From assembly GCA_038203875.1 (NCBI GenBank), contig JBBRDN010000001.1, positions 2,472 through 66,471 of the forward strand: DNA of 64,000 bases. Direction: 5' to 3'. The translations under genes and the position numbers were made by a program. Under the pieces are notes generated by a model. The model worked only from the letters and a program-made list of their open reading frames with translations, searched no databases and was not told the origin of the DNA. Every line of letters starts with the position of its first letter. Position 1 is the first letter of the stretch. This stretch comes from Verrucomicrobiota bacterium. GTDB taxonomy: Bacteria > Verrucomicrobiota > Verrucomicrobiia > Limisphaerales > CANJSG01. Positions 1 to 8,474 of this stretch are shown here, piece after piece.

Positions 1-495
1 CGCGAACTCGGCCCGCTGATCGCCGCGCTGCTGGTGCTGGCCCGCGCCGGCGCCGCCAACGTCGTCGAGCTCGGCACCGCCCGGGCTTTGGGCGAGGTGG
101 AGGCGTTGGAGTCCCTCGGGATCGATCCGGTGCATTACCTCGTCGTGCCGCGCGTCATCGGCATGGCCGTCTCGATCTTCGGACTGACGGTCTACCTGAT
201 CGTCGTCGCCATCCTGAGCGGCTTGTTGTTCGCCTTCCTCCAGGATGTGCCGATGTCTCCCAGCGACTACTTCGGCCAGCTCGCGGGGGCGTTGCTCTGG
301 CAGGACTTCGTGCTTCTGGCCCTGAAGACGCTCTCCTTCGGCGCTGTCATCGCTCTGATCACGTCGTTCCAGGGACTGGCCAGGCCGCTAAAGCTGGAGG
401 ACGTTCCCGCCGCCACGGCCCGTGCGGTGGGCGAAAGCGTGGTCGTCTGCGGTCTCCTGGATGCGGTGTTCCTGATCGTCTATCTGCTGATCTGA
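1..495 (+). CDS. mlaE: MlaE/YrbE-family ABC transporter permease (5' end outside window)
   Basis: Frame 1 is open from base 1. It reads RELGPLIAALLVLARAGAANVVELGTARA...EALESLGIDP, which matches the conserved MlaE core. The C-terminal half is hydrophobic. Confidence 0.8.
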   Translation, partial: RELGPLIAALLVLARAGAANVVELGTARALGEVEALESLGIDPVHYLVVPRVIGMAVSIFGLTVYLIVVAILSGLLFAFLQDVPMSPSDYFGQLAGALLWQDFVLLALKTLSFGAVIALITSFQGLARPLKLEDVPAATARAVGESVVVCGLLDAVFLIVYLLI

Positions 496-562
496 AGCGA
501 AGCACGCATGGCCACGAACCAACACGGATCAGCACCCCGCCCATGCGGCTAGGCCGTTCACC

Positions 563-1348
563 ATGCCCGACGCATCTTTCAACCTAGCCGAGCCCCTCGT
601 CGAACTCGTCGACGTGACGGCCGCATTGCCGGAAGCCGATGACGCGCCCGAAGCCCGGGGTGTGAGCTGGTCGATCGAGCCCGGACAGTTCTGGGCCATC
701 GGCGGTTTGCCGGCAGCCGGCGAAAGCTGCCTGTTGCCGACTGCGGCCGGGTTGATGCGCCCGACTGCTGGAGTCGTCCGGCTTTTCGGCCGCGCCATCG
801 CCTCGGATACGGGCGAAACCGAGCTGCTCGAAACGCGTCGCCGCATCGGCCTCGTCTTCTCCAACGGCGGCCGCCTGTTCCGCGACCAGTCGGTCCTCGG
901 CAACATCACCATCCCTCTCCGCTATCATTTCGATCTGCCGCTCGACGAGGCCGAGTCCCGGACGGAAGCACTGGTCGAAATGCTGGGGCTGAAGCCCTGG
1001 CTGCATCGTTCCGCGATCACGCTTCCGCTGGTCTGGCAGCAGCGCACTGCGCTGGCCCGCGCGTTGGCCCTCCAGCCCGAAGTCCTCTTCCTCGACCGCC
1101 CATTGTCGGCCCTAGATTTTTCCCACCGCGGCTGGTGGCTGGAGTTTCTCGGCGAGCTGGCGGCCGGCTTGGACGGGTGGCCGCCGGTGACCGTGGTCGT
1201 CGGCGGCGATTCCATGAAACCCTGGCTGGGGGTGGCCTCGAATTTCGCCTGTCTCGACGAAGGCCGCTGGGAAACGGTGGCGGACCCGGCCGCGTCGGAC
1301 CACGATGCCCGCGATGTAACGAGACGCTTCACCCGGAAGAAGAACTGA
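563..1348 (+). CDS. MlaF-like ABC nucleotide-binding protein with degenerate catalytic motifs
   Basis: ABC NBD-like layout between the permease and the MCE gene. Walker A position reads GLPAAGES, Walker B position reads VLFLDRP, and the D-loop reads SALD. See finding. Confidence 0.7.
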   Translation: MPDASFNLAEPLVELVDVTAALPEADDAPEARGVSWSIEPGQFWAIGGLPAAGESCLLPTAAGLMRPTAGVVRLFGRAIASDTGETELLETRRRIGLVFSNGGRLFRDQSVLGNITIPLRYHFDLPLDEAESRTEALVEMLGLKPWLHRSAITLPLVWQQRTALARALALQPEVLFLDRPLSALDFSHRGWWLEFLGELAAGLDGWPPVTVVVGGDSMKPWLGVASNFACLDEGRWETVADPAASDHDARDVTRRFTRKKN

Positions 1349-1380
1349 CGCGATCCCGTAGCCGATCCCGAATCACAATC

Positions 1381-2661
1381 ATGGCACTGCAAGATCTAAC
1401 TCCTCAGCTCCGAACGCGGCTCGGCAAGGTCGAGCGCCTGGTCGGCGTCTTCGTCACTGTGGCGACGCTGCTGCTCGTCGTCGGGTTCGGCTACTACGTC
1501 CGCCACATGGCGAAGAAGAAGGGGTGGTTCGACGCCAAGGTGGAATACAGCACCGGCGTCAACAACGCGGCCGGGTTGGCCGTTGGTTCCAAGGTGAAGT
1601 TGATGGGATTTGATGCCGGAGAAATCACCGCCATCGTTCCGAACGAACCTTCCTCCACGATCGGTGTGACCGTTTTCTTCAACGTGCGCGAGCCGAACTT
1701 CGGCTACATCTGGACCGACTCGAAGGTGAAGGTCGTGTCCGGCGACCTCCTCGGCGGCCGTGTTCTGGAAGTCACGAAGGGAGCCGAATACTGGGCCCTG
1801 GCCACCGTGTCGCAGAAGGCCGGAGGGGAAATCCTGGTGCTGGACCACAAGCTCCTGAATGCGGGTTACAGGGAGATCACCAACCGGCTGGTCGAGGCCG
1901 AGGCGCTCAAGACGGGCCGGACGGTGGATGCGTTCCGCGTCGGGGTCCTCGCGCAGAAGGGGCTCTACGATCTCCAGGACACCGTTAAGTCGAACGCCCC
2001 GCAGTTCTACGTCCGCCGGCAACCCGGCAAGGCCTACTGGATCGACGCCCAGGAATCCCGTCCCATCGGCGAACGCCTCGAACAGATCGGCGACATCGTC
2101 GAAGCCGCATTGCCGTCGTTCCTCGCCCTGACCAACCAGCTCAAGACCATCCTCGCCAGCGCCGCCTCCGCCACCGAGAAGCTTGACGCCATGCTGTCCG
2201 ACGCCCGTCCCGCCGTGACCAATCTTGCCGCGTCGACGACCAATCTCGCCCAGATCCTCGCCAACGCCGCTTTCATCACCGCCAACCTGACCAACGGCCA
2301 GGGTTCGCTCGGTGAATGGCTCATCACGACCAACATCAACGGCCAGCTCGACCGCACGTTCGGATCGGCCAACGCCGCCATCGGCTCTGCGAACGACGTC
2401 CTCATGACGGCGAACACGAACCTCCAGACGTTGAACCGTTCGCTGGAAGGAATTGCCGGCATCACTTCGAACCTCAACGTCCAGGTTCAGGCCAACTCGA
2501 ACATGCTCTCCTCGATCACCCAGATCGTGACCAACAGCGACAACTTCATCCTCGGCCTCCAGCGCCATTGGTTGCTGCGTTCCGCATTCAAGCCCATCGC
2601 GACGAACAAACCGCCCAAGAAGAGCACCTCGCCGCCCGGCCCCATCCGTGTGCGGCCGTGA
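1381..2661 (+). CDS. MCE/MlaD-family substrate-binding protein with long helical C-terminal extension
   Basis: Starts at MALQDLTPQLRTRLGKVERLVGVF. It has an N-terminal TM helix, then an MCE-type segment (GLAVGSKVKLMGFDAGEITAIVP) and an N/T/L-rich helical tail. The upstream part of ORF 1135..2661 overlaps the NBD gene and looks non-coding. Confidence 0.8.
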   Translation: MALQDLTPQLRTRLGKVERLVGVFVTVATLLLVVGFGYYVRHMAKKKGWFDAKVEYSTGVNNAAGLAVGSKVKLMGFDAGEITAIVPNEPSSTIGVTVFFNVREPNFGYIWTDSKVKVVSGDLLGGRVLEVTKGAEYWALATVSQKAGGEILVLDHKLLNAGYREITNRLVEAEALKTGRTVDAFRVGVLAQKGLYDLQDTVKSNAPQFYVRRQPGKAYWIDAQESRPIGERLEQIGDIVEAALPSFLALTNQLKTILASAASATEKLDAMLSDARPAVTNLAASTTNLAQILANAAFITANLTNGQGSLGEWLITTNINGQLDRTFGSANAAIGSANDVLMTANTNLQTLNRSLEGIAGITSNLNVQVQANSNMLSSITQIVTNSDNFILGLQRHWLLRSAFKPIATNKPPKKSTSPPGPIRVRP

Positions 2662-2674
2662 GGGAGGTTTCAAT

Positions 2675-2802
2675 TCACTGGTGCACGAAGATGATCCGGC
2701 TGCCGGCGGACTCGAACCGGAAGTCGACTTTCCGGAGATCCTTCAACGCCCGGGTGATCGCCTCGTGCCGGTCCGGCGCCGCGTAGAACATTATGAAGCC
2801 GC
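2675..2802 (-). pseudogene. Orphan 3'-terminal fragment of a GHMP kinase gene (duplicate of 3809..3936)
   Basis: The minus strand reads ...FIMFYAAPDRHEAITRALKDLRKVDFRFESAGSRIIFVHQ-TGA. This is about 95% nt-identical to the 3' end of the intact gene at 3809..4792. No upstream coding continuation exists. Confidence 0.8.
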
Positions 2803-3810
2803 TGACTGAGCCTGCTAAAAGCATGGCGGCGAGACAGCGTCGGTGAAGCCGGTCAAAAAGCGGCCACGCTCGGAAGGAGTCATGTTGGGGCTAAAACAGC
2901 CGGCAGCGGGCGCTTTGCAAAGCACGCTGACAAACCGACCGAACCAGAGTCAAAGCGGTGCCAAGTCCCTAGCGGAAATAGTCGGGGATGTCCGATCCGC
3001 CAAAGACAACGTAAGCGGCTCCGTTTGAGAGAATCTGGAGATGCACCCGGACCCGTGCCGACGAAGGCGCAGTCGATGGAAGCTGGCACGGCTCCGGCGA
3101 TCTAGGGTTGGCGGCCAGCAGTGACTCGCCAATCGTTCCGGAAACCGCCACCGGCAGAAATGACATGGTTTGGGAAAAACGCTCTTCGGAATCGGCCACT
3201 GCTCCGCGCGACAGCTGTAGTTCAACATCGTAGCCATTGGCCCAGCGGTTGGTGGATTCGAGATAGCGGCGTTGGTTGGCGGAGAACGAAACGATATGGG
3301 GAAAGTTTGTGAGCAAACGCATGACCTTTTCATTTCGCAGGAAGCGGCCCAGATCCGTCGTCGCAGAGAAAGCAGGCTCTGCCAACGCCTCGGGGTAGGA
3401 CTTCGCCGCGATTACCGTTTTCAGTTGGCCTAAGGAGAAGTTGGTGGTCGTGCGGCCAGTTTCTGACAAAAGGCGAATGTTACTTGCGCGGATCAGGGCA
3501 TCTCGAAGCAACAATTGGGTTGCCCGTGCATGCTCTTGGGGTGCGACATCGACATCGTAGAGTAGGGAGCCCTCCATCCCGCAATGGATCGAGTTGGAAG
3601 CCATCAAAGAGTAGATGTGTCGAGACGTGATCTTGTCCATGCCACCGATAGAGGCCACTAAAACCCTTTCATCGCGCCATGATGGTTGCTTGGCTGCGTG
3701 CAGGCGGTCGAGATAGTGGAGACTTGACCAGACAACTAGCTGCAACGCCAAGCGAACCATCCGTTGCTTAAAAGTGGATAAGGGCTGGGTTGTCATGAAC
3801 TGGCGTGATT
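2803..3810 (-). mobile_element. ~1 kb accessory insert bounded by 126-bp direct repeats (2677..2802 and 3811..3936)
   Basis: Visibly AT-richer than its flanks. It is bracketed by two copies of the GHMP kinase 3' end. No recombinase or transposase is present. Confidence 0.4.
2969..3796 (-). CDS. Hypothetical protein (cargo of the insert)
   Basis: 275-aa ORF starting 12 nt after the GHMP kinase stop and co-oriented with it. AT-richer codon usage. No motif recognised. The C-terminal ~50 aa may be non-coding read-through. Confidence 0.45.
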   Translation of the reverse strand: MTTQPLSTFKQRMVRLALQLVVWSSLHYLDRLHAAKQPSWRDERVLVASIGGMDKITSRHIYSLMASNSIHCGMEGSLLYDVDVAPQEHARATQLLLRDALIRASNIRLLSETGRTTTNFSLGQLKTVIAAKSYPEALAEPAFSATTDLGRFLRNEKVMRLLTNFPHIVSFSANQRRYLESTNRWANGYDVELQLSRGAVADSEERFSQTMSFLPVAVSGTIGESLLAANPRSPEPCQLPSTAPSSARVRVHLQILSNGAAYVVFGGSDIPDYFR

Positions 3811-4792
3811 ACTGGTGGACGAAGATGATCCGGCTGCCGCTGGACTCGAAGCGGAAGTCGACTTTCCGGAGATCCTTCAACGCCCGGGTGATCGCCTCGT
3901 GCCGGTCCGGCGGCGCGTAGAACATCATGAAGCCGCCGCTGCCCGCGCCGAGCAGCTTGCCGCCGGTCGCACCCGACTTGCGCGCGGCCGCATACCACGC
4001 GTCGATGCGGTCGTTGCTGATCTGCGCGGCCAGGCTGCGCTTGAGTTCCCAGTTCTCGTGGATGATCTCGCCGAAGGCGTCGAGGTTGTTCCGTTCGAGC
4101 TCGGACTTGAGGTTGAAGGCGAGGTCGACCATCCGGCGCATGGCGTCCTGTTTCTTCTTCTGCGAATCCACGGCGGACTGCTGGTTCTTCAACACCGAGG
4201 ACGCGCTGCGGGTCAGGCCCGTGTAGAAGACGAGGATGCGCTCCTGCAGTGCCGAGATCGTCGTGCGACGGCAGATGATCGGGTCGACGCTGACGGTGTC
4301 GTCGGGGTTGAAGCGGATGAAATTGAAGCCCCCGTAGGCCGCGGCGTATTGATCCTGCTTTCCGATGGGTTCGCGGCAACGCTCGATCTCGATCTCGCAG
4401 CATTCCCGCGCCAGCGTCTCGGCCGAGGCGTGCCGGCCCTGGAACGCGTGCAACGCGTGGAGCAGGCCGATGGTGAAGGTGCTGGAGGAACCAAGCCCGG
4501 TGCCCTTGGCCGGAATGTCGGCGACGCTGGTGATCTCGATCCCGCCCTTGGGCCCGGCCATCTTCATGGCTTCGCGGACGAGCGGATGTTTGATGCGTTC
4601 GATGCTTCCGGCCTCCTCCGTGCGGGAGTAGCTCACGCGGATGCGGTCGTCGAACTTCTGGTTCACCTGGATGTAGATGTAGCGGTCGATGGCGGTGGAA
4701 ACGACCGCGCCGCCGAACTTGCGGTAGAAGACCGGCAGGTCGCTCCCGCCACCGACGAAGCTCATCCGCAAAGGAGTCCGGCTGATGATCAT
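3809..4792 (-). CDS. GHMP-family sugar kinase (HddA/heptose-phosphate kinase-like)
   Basis: N-terminus RTPLRMSFVGGGSDLP; GHMP motif IPAKGTGLGSSSTF; C-terminal GAGSGGFMMFY. Confidence 0.85.
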   Translation of the reverse strand: MIISRTPLRMSFVGGGSDLPVFYRKFGGAVVSTAIDRYIYIQVNQKFDDRIRVSYSRTEEAGSIERIKHPLVREAMKMAGPKGGIEITSVADIPAKGTGLGSSSTFTIGLLHALHAFQGRHASAETLARECCEIEIERCREPIGKQDQYAAAYGGFNFIRFNPDDTVSVDPIICRRTTISALQERILVFYTGLTRSASSVLKNQQSAVDSQKKKQDAMRRMVDLAFNLKSELERNNLDAFGEIIHENWELKRSLAAQISNDRIDAWYAAARKSGATGGKLLGAGSGGFMMFYAPPDRHEAITRALKDLRKVDFRFESSGSRIIFVHQ

Positions 4793-4876
4793 GTGGCGGA
4801 AGGTTGAATATCCAGACGCGCGAAGGCGAGCGGAAGAACGCTGCTCCTGGCCCGGTTCGGCGAGGTCACGTCAGCA

Positions 4877-4934
4877 ATCAACATTGGCCCATAGGGTATC
4901 AACAAAGCATCAACAGGCCGGCCGGCCTGTTGAT
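4877..4934. promoter_or_regulatory. ATCAACA repeat cluster ending in a 26-bp perfect palindrome (candidate operator)
   Basis: ATCAACA occurs at 4877, 4898 and 4909 (spacing 21 and 11 nt), with an inverted copy TGTTGAT at 4928. ATCAACAGGCCGGCCGGCCTGTTGAT (4909..4934) is a perfect palindrome. It lies in the divergent intergenic region between the GHMP kinase and OMPLA genes. Confidence 0.35.
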
Positions 4935-4993
4935 CAGGGACACTGCCCTGTCCCCTCTTGTGCCGTGCGGGTGCGGGCTCCTACACTCTCTCA

Positions 4994-6238
4994 ATGGGCA
5001 AACTGTGCATTCTCCGGTTCCGCATCCTGTCGCTGGCTTTGCTGGCCGTCATCGGACTTTCCGCCGGCGCGTCGGAGCTGGTTACGACGCTCTCGACCGC
5101 GACCGAAGTCCTGACGAACGGTCAGAAGCTGACGATCTGGCTCAACATCCTCAATCCCGGCAACGCCACGGAGGATTTCGCCGTCCCGCCCAAGCTCCCC
5201 GCCACCGTCGTATCCGGCAGCCAGCGTGTGCCGTTCGACCTGACCCTGGCCGCCGATGCGAACGCGGACACCCGGCAGGTGGCGGCGGGTTCCTTTGTCC
5301 GGGTGCCGTATGTCTTCATCGTGCCGGTGCAGATCGAGGGACAGCTCCTCGTCATGATGACGAATCCGCCCCACAGTTCGATAAGCCTGACGGTGGTCGC
5401 GCCGAAGAGCCCGATGTTCGCGCCCCTGCCAAGGCCGGTCACCGCGGAGGAGAAGGCGGCGCCGGAGCAGCCGAGGATCCCCTTCGATGCGAACGACTAT
5501 TTCCGCCGGCACTTCTTCGGCTACGACCAGGTCTACTTCATAGCCGGCCCGGAAACGCCGACGGCCAAGTTCCAGTTCAGCCTCCGTTACCGGGTGCTCG
5601 ACGTGGACGACACCGGGCTCGGGTGGGTGGCTCAAAAGCTGTCCTACGCGACGAACATCTATCTCGCCTACACCCAGGTGTCGCTCTGGGACCTGCTCGC
5701 CCCTTCATCGCCCTTCCTCGACACCAGCTACAAGCCGGAGATCCACTACTGGTGGCGCAACGTCACCGGGCAGAAGGACGACTCCCATTGGTTCCACATG
5801 GACCTGCAGGCCGGCTACCAGCACGAGTCCAACGGCAAGGAACCGCCCGCTTCGCGCAGCGTCAACATGCTCTACCTCCAGCCCACGCTTTTCTTCGGCG
5901 ACCGCAACGCCTTCCACATGTCCCTCGGAGTGAGGGCGTGGGTCTATATCCTGGACCTGGTCGACAATCCCGACATCGCCGACTACCGGGGGCATTTCGA
6001 TGTCCGCGCGATGGTCGGCTGGCCGGACCATGTCCAGCTCTCGGTCCTCGGTAGGGCGGGGGACAGCTTCGACCACGGCAGCGCCATGCTGGACCTGAGC
6101 TACCCGCTCTTCGGCCGGTCGGGCCGCGGGCTCAGCATGTATCTGCACGCCCAGTATTTCGTCGGCTACGGGGAGACCCTCCTGGAATACAACCGCCGCT
6201 CGGACGCCATTCGCTTCGGGTTCTCCATCTACCGGTGA
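4994..6238 (+). CDS. pldA: Outer-membrane phospholipase A (OMPLA) with ~170-aa N-terminal extension
   Basis: Signal peptide MGKLCILRFRILSLALLAVIGLSAGA. OMPLA catalytic block YQHESNGKEPPASRSVNMLY (His-x-Ser-Asn-Gly plus downstream Asn). C-terminal FVGYGETLLEYNRRSDAIRFGFSIYR. Confidence 0.85.
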   Translation: MGKLCILRFRILSLALLAVIGLSAGASELVTTLSTATEVLTNGQKLTIWLNILNPGNATEDFAVPPKLPATVVSGSQRVPFDLTLAADANADTRQVAAGSFVRVPYVFIVPVQIEGQLLVMMTNPPHSSISLTVVAPKSPMFAPLPRPVTAEEKAAPEQPRIPFDANDYFRRHFFGYDQVYFIAGPETPTAKFQFSLRYRVLDVDDTGLGWVAQKLSYATNIYLAYTQVSLWDLLAPSSPFLDTSYKPEIHYWWRNVTGQKDDSHWFHMDLQAGYQHESNGKEPPASRSVNMLYLQPTLFFGDRNAFHMSLGVRAWVYILDLVDNPDIADYRGHFDVRAMVGWPDHVQLSVLGRAGDSFDHGSAMLDLSYPLFGRSGRGLSMYLHAQYFVGYGETLLEYNRRSDAIRFGFSIYR

Positions 6239-6306
6239 CCATGATCCGGATGGTGGAGAAGCCAAAACCGTTCGCGGGCTGCAAGTCCGTGGTCTAGGCT
6301 CGCGCC

Positions 6307-6732
6307 ATGTGGAAGAATGTTCTCGGCGTGGCCTTGGGTCTGTTCATCGGCCTCGTCATGCTTGGGTTCATCGAGTTCATCGGACAGCTCGTGTTTGCGC
6401 CAAAGGAAGGCGTGGACATCAACGACCCGGTCGCCATGAAGGAGCTCCAGGCCAACCAACCGATCCCGAAACTGGCCGTGCTCCTCGCCGCCTGGTCGCT
6501 TGGCGCCCTGGCCGGTGGCTGGGTCTGCTGCGAGCTCGCCGGGCCGCAGCGCATCAAGGCCGCCCTCGTCGTGGGATTCCTCCTCCAGCTCGTCAGCATC
6601 CGCGTCTTCATGAAGGTCCCGCATCCCATGTGGCTCGTGATCGCCACCCAGTTGGTCATCCTGCCCAGCGCCTACGGTGGAACTCGTATCACCCTCTTCA
6701 TCGAGAACTGGTATCGGAGCAAACGAAGCTGA
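6307..6732 (+). CDS. Small integral membrane protein, function unknown
   Basis: 141 aa with about 4 hydrophobic helices. GC-rich third codon positions consistent with the host genome. Confidence 0.55.
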   Translation: MWKNVLGVALGLFIGLVMLGFIEFIGQLVFAPKEGVDINDPVAMKELQANQPIPKLAVLLAAWSLGALAGGWVCCELAGPQRIKAALVVGFLLQLVSIRVFMKVPHPMWLVIATQLVILPSAYGGTRITLFIENWYRSKRS

Positions 6733-6920
6733 GGAGCGCGGCCTGCCTTGCTGCGCTTCGTTTCGTAGGCCAGGCGTCCCCGCCCGGTCAGTGAGTGCTG
6801 TGACCGGGAAGAACAGCGACGAATGCCGGATCGGATCTCGCTGAGGCCCTGATTCCGCTTTGCGCCGAGTTTGCGCTCGCCGTGGCGTGCGGTGTGGAGG
6901 ACAAGGCTGCTGTCACCCGC

Positions 6921-8339
6921 ATGAAGCCACGCACGCTTGCCCAGCTTACCTTCGTCGTTTCGTTGATCGTCCTGTGCGGCTTCGCTGACGCCGCCGACCG
7001 GAAACCCAACATCGTCGTCGTGCTGGCCGACCAATGGCGTCCGCAGGCCTTCGGCTTCGCCGGTGATCCGAATGTCCGCACGCCGCGCTTCGACCGGCTC
7101 GCGGGTGAAAGCGTCCGTTTCGTCAACGCCGTCAGTGGCATGCCCGTCTGTTCGCCTTGCCGCGCGTCCTTGATGACCGGCCAGCGCCCGCTGACCCACG
7201 GCGTCTTCGTCAACGACGTCCAACTGAACACCAACGCCGTCACTATCGCCAAGGTCCTCCGGTCGTCCGGCTACGACACCGCCATGATCGGCAAGTGGCA
7301 CATCGACGGCAGAGGCCGCTCCAACTACATCCCGCCCGAACGCCGGCAGGGCTTCGACTATTGGAAGGTCCTTGAATGCACCCACGCCTACTCCAACTCG
7401 TTCTACTACGCCGATGGGCCGGAGAAGCTGAAGTGGCCCGGCTACGATACGTTCGCGCAGACCAGGGACGCCTGCGACTTCGTAAAAGCCCGCGCCAAGA
7501 CCGGCAAACCCTTCGTCCTCTTCCTCGCCTGGGGACCGCCGCACGATCCCTACTTCACCGCCCCGGCCAAGTATCGTGCGCTCTACGATCCCGCCACGCT
7601 CAAGCTCCGGCCGAACGTCCCCGCCGCGCTCGAAGCCGAGACGCGCAAGATCCTCGCCGGCTACTACGCCCACTGCACCGCACTCGACGACGCCATGGGC
7701 GAACTCCTCGACACCCTCAAGGAATCCGGTGCGGCCGACGACACCGTCTTCCTCTTCAGCGCCGACCACGGCGACATGCTCGGCTCGCAGGGCCAGTTCA
7801 AGAAACAGCGCCCCTTCGATGAAGCCGTGCGTGTGCCCATGCTCGTCCGCTGGCCCAAGGGGCTCGGGACCAGGCCGCGTTCGTTGGAGGCGCCGATCAA
7901 CTCCGAGGACATCATGCCCACCCTTCTCGGACTCGCCGGAGTGCCCATCCCCAAGTCCGTCGAAGGCCTCGACTACAGCGGCCATCTGCGCGGCGGCAAG
8001 AATCCCGGCGACAACGCCACCGTCATCCTCTGCGCTTCGCCCTTCGGCGAATGGGAACGTCGTGTGGGCGGCCGCGAATACCGCGGCGTCCGCACCGACC
8101 GCTTCACCTACGTCCGTGACCTGAAAGGCCCGTGGCTCCTCTACGACAATTCGACCGATCCGTATCAGACAAACAACCTCGTTGGCGTCGCGTCGCAAGC
8201 TGAACTCCAGGTGACCTTGGACGCGCTTCTGACACGCAAGCTGAAGGAACGTGGCGACGAATTCCGCCCCGGCCCCGACTACATCCGCCAATGGGGCTAC
8301 ACCGTGAACGCCAACGGGACGGTGCCTTATGCGAACTAA
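6921..8339 (+). CDS. Sulfatase (Cys-type, formylglycine-dependent)
   Basis: Signal peptide MKPRTLAQLTFVVSLIVLCGFADA. Sulfatase signature CSPCRASLMTG (CxPxR). GKWH and FLFSADHGDMLG motifs. Confidence 0.9.
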   Translation: MKPRTLAQLTFVVSLIVLCGFADAADRKPNIVVVLADQWRPQAFGFAGDPNVRTPRFDRLAGESVRFVNAVSGMPVCSPCRASLMTGQRPLTHGVFVNDVQLNTNAVTIAKVLRSSGYDTAMIGKWHIDGRGRSNYIPPERRQGFDYWKVLECTHAYSNSFYYADGPEKLKWPGYDTFAQTRDACDFVKARAKTGKPFVLFLAWGPPHDPYFTAPAKYRALYDPATLKLRPNVPAALEAETRKILAGYYAHCTALDDAMGELLDTLKESGAADDTVFLFSADHGDMLGSQGQFKKQRPFDEAVRVPMLVRWPKGLGTRPRSLEAPINSEDIMPTLLGLAGVPIPKSVEGLDYSGHLRGGKNPGDNATVILCASPFGEWERRVGGREYRGVRTDRFTYVRDLKGPWLLYDNSTDPYQTNNLVGVASQAELQVTLDALLTRKLKERGDEFRPGPDYIRQWGYTVNANGTVPYAN

Positions 8340-8360
8340 TGCCGAGTTCCTGAGCCCGTG

Positions 8361-8385
8361 GTAGGGCAGGCATCTTGCCTGTGCC
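8361..8385. repeat. REP-like GC-rich hairpin (GTAGGGCAGGC-N5-GCCTG family)
   Basis: GTAGGGCAGGCATCTTGCCTGTGCC is self-complementary. Related arms occur at 36294, 36397 and 9943. Confidence 0.4.
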
Positions 8386-8474
8386 GCCCGCCGAGGGCAC
8401 TCGCATGGACGAGCCTTCCGACCGCGCGATTTTTGGCTGCCATTCCCGCGGATGGACGAATAGGAATTGAGCGC

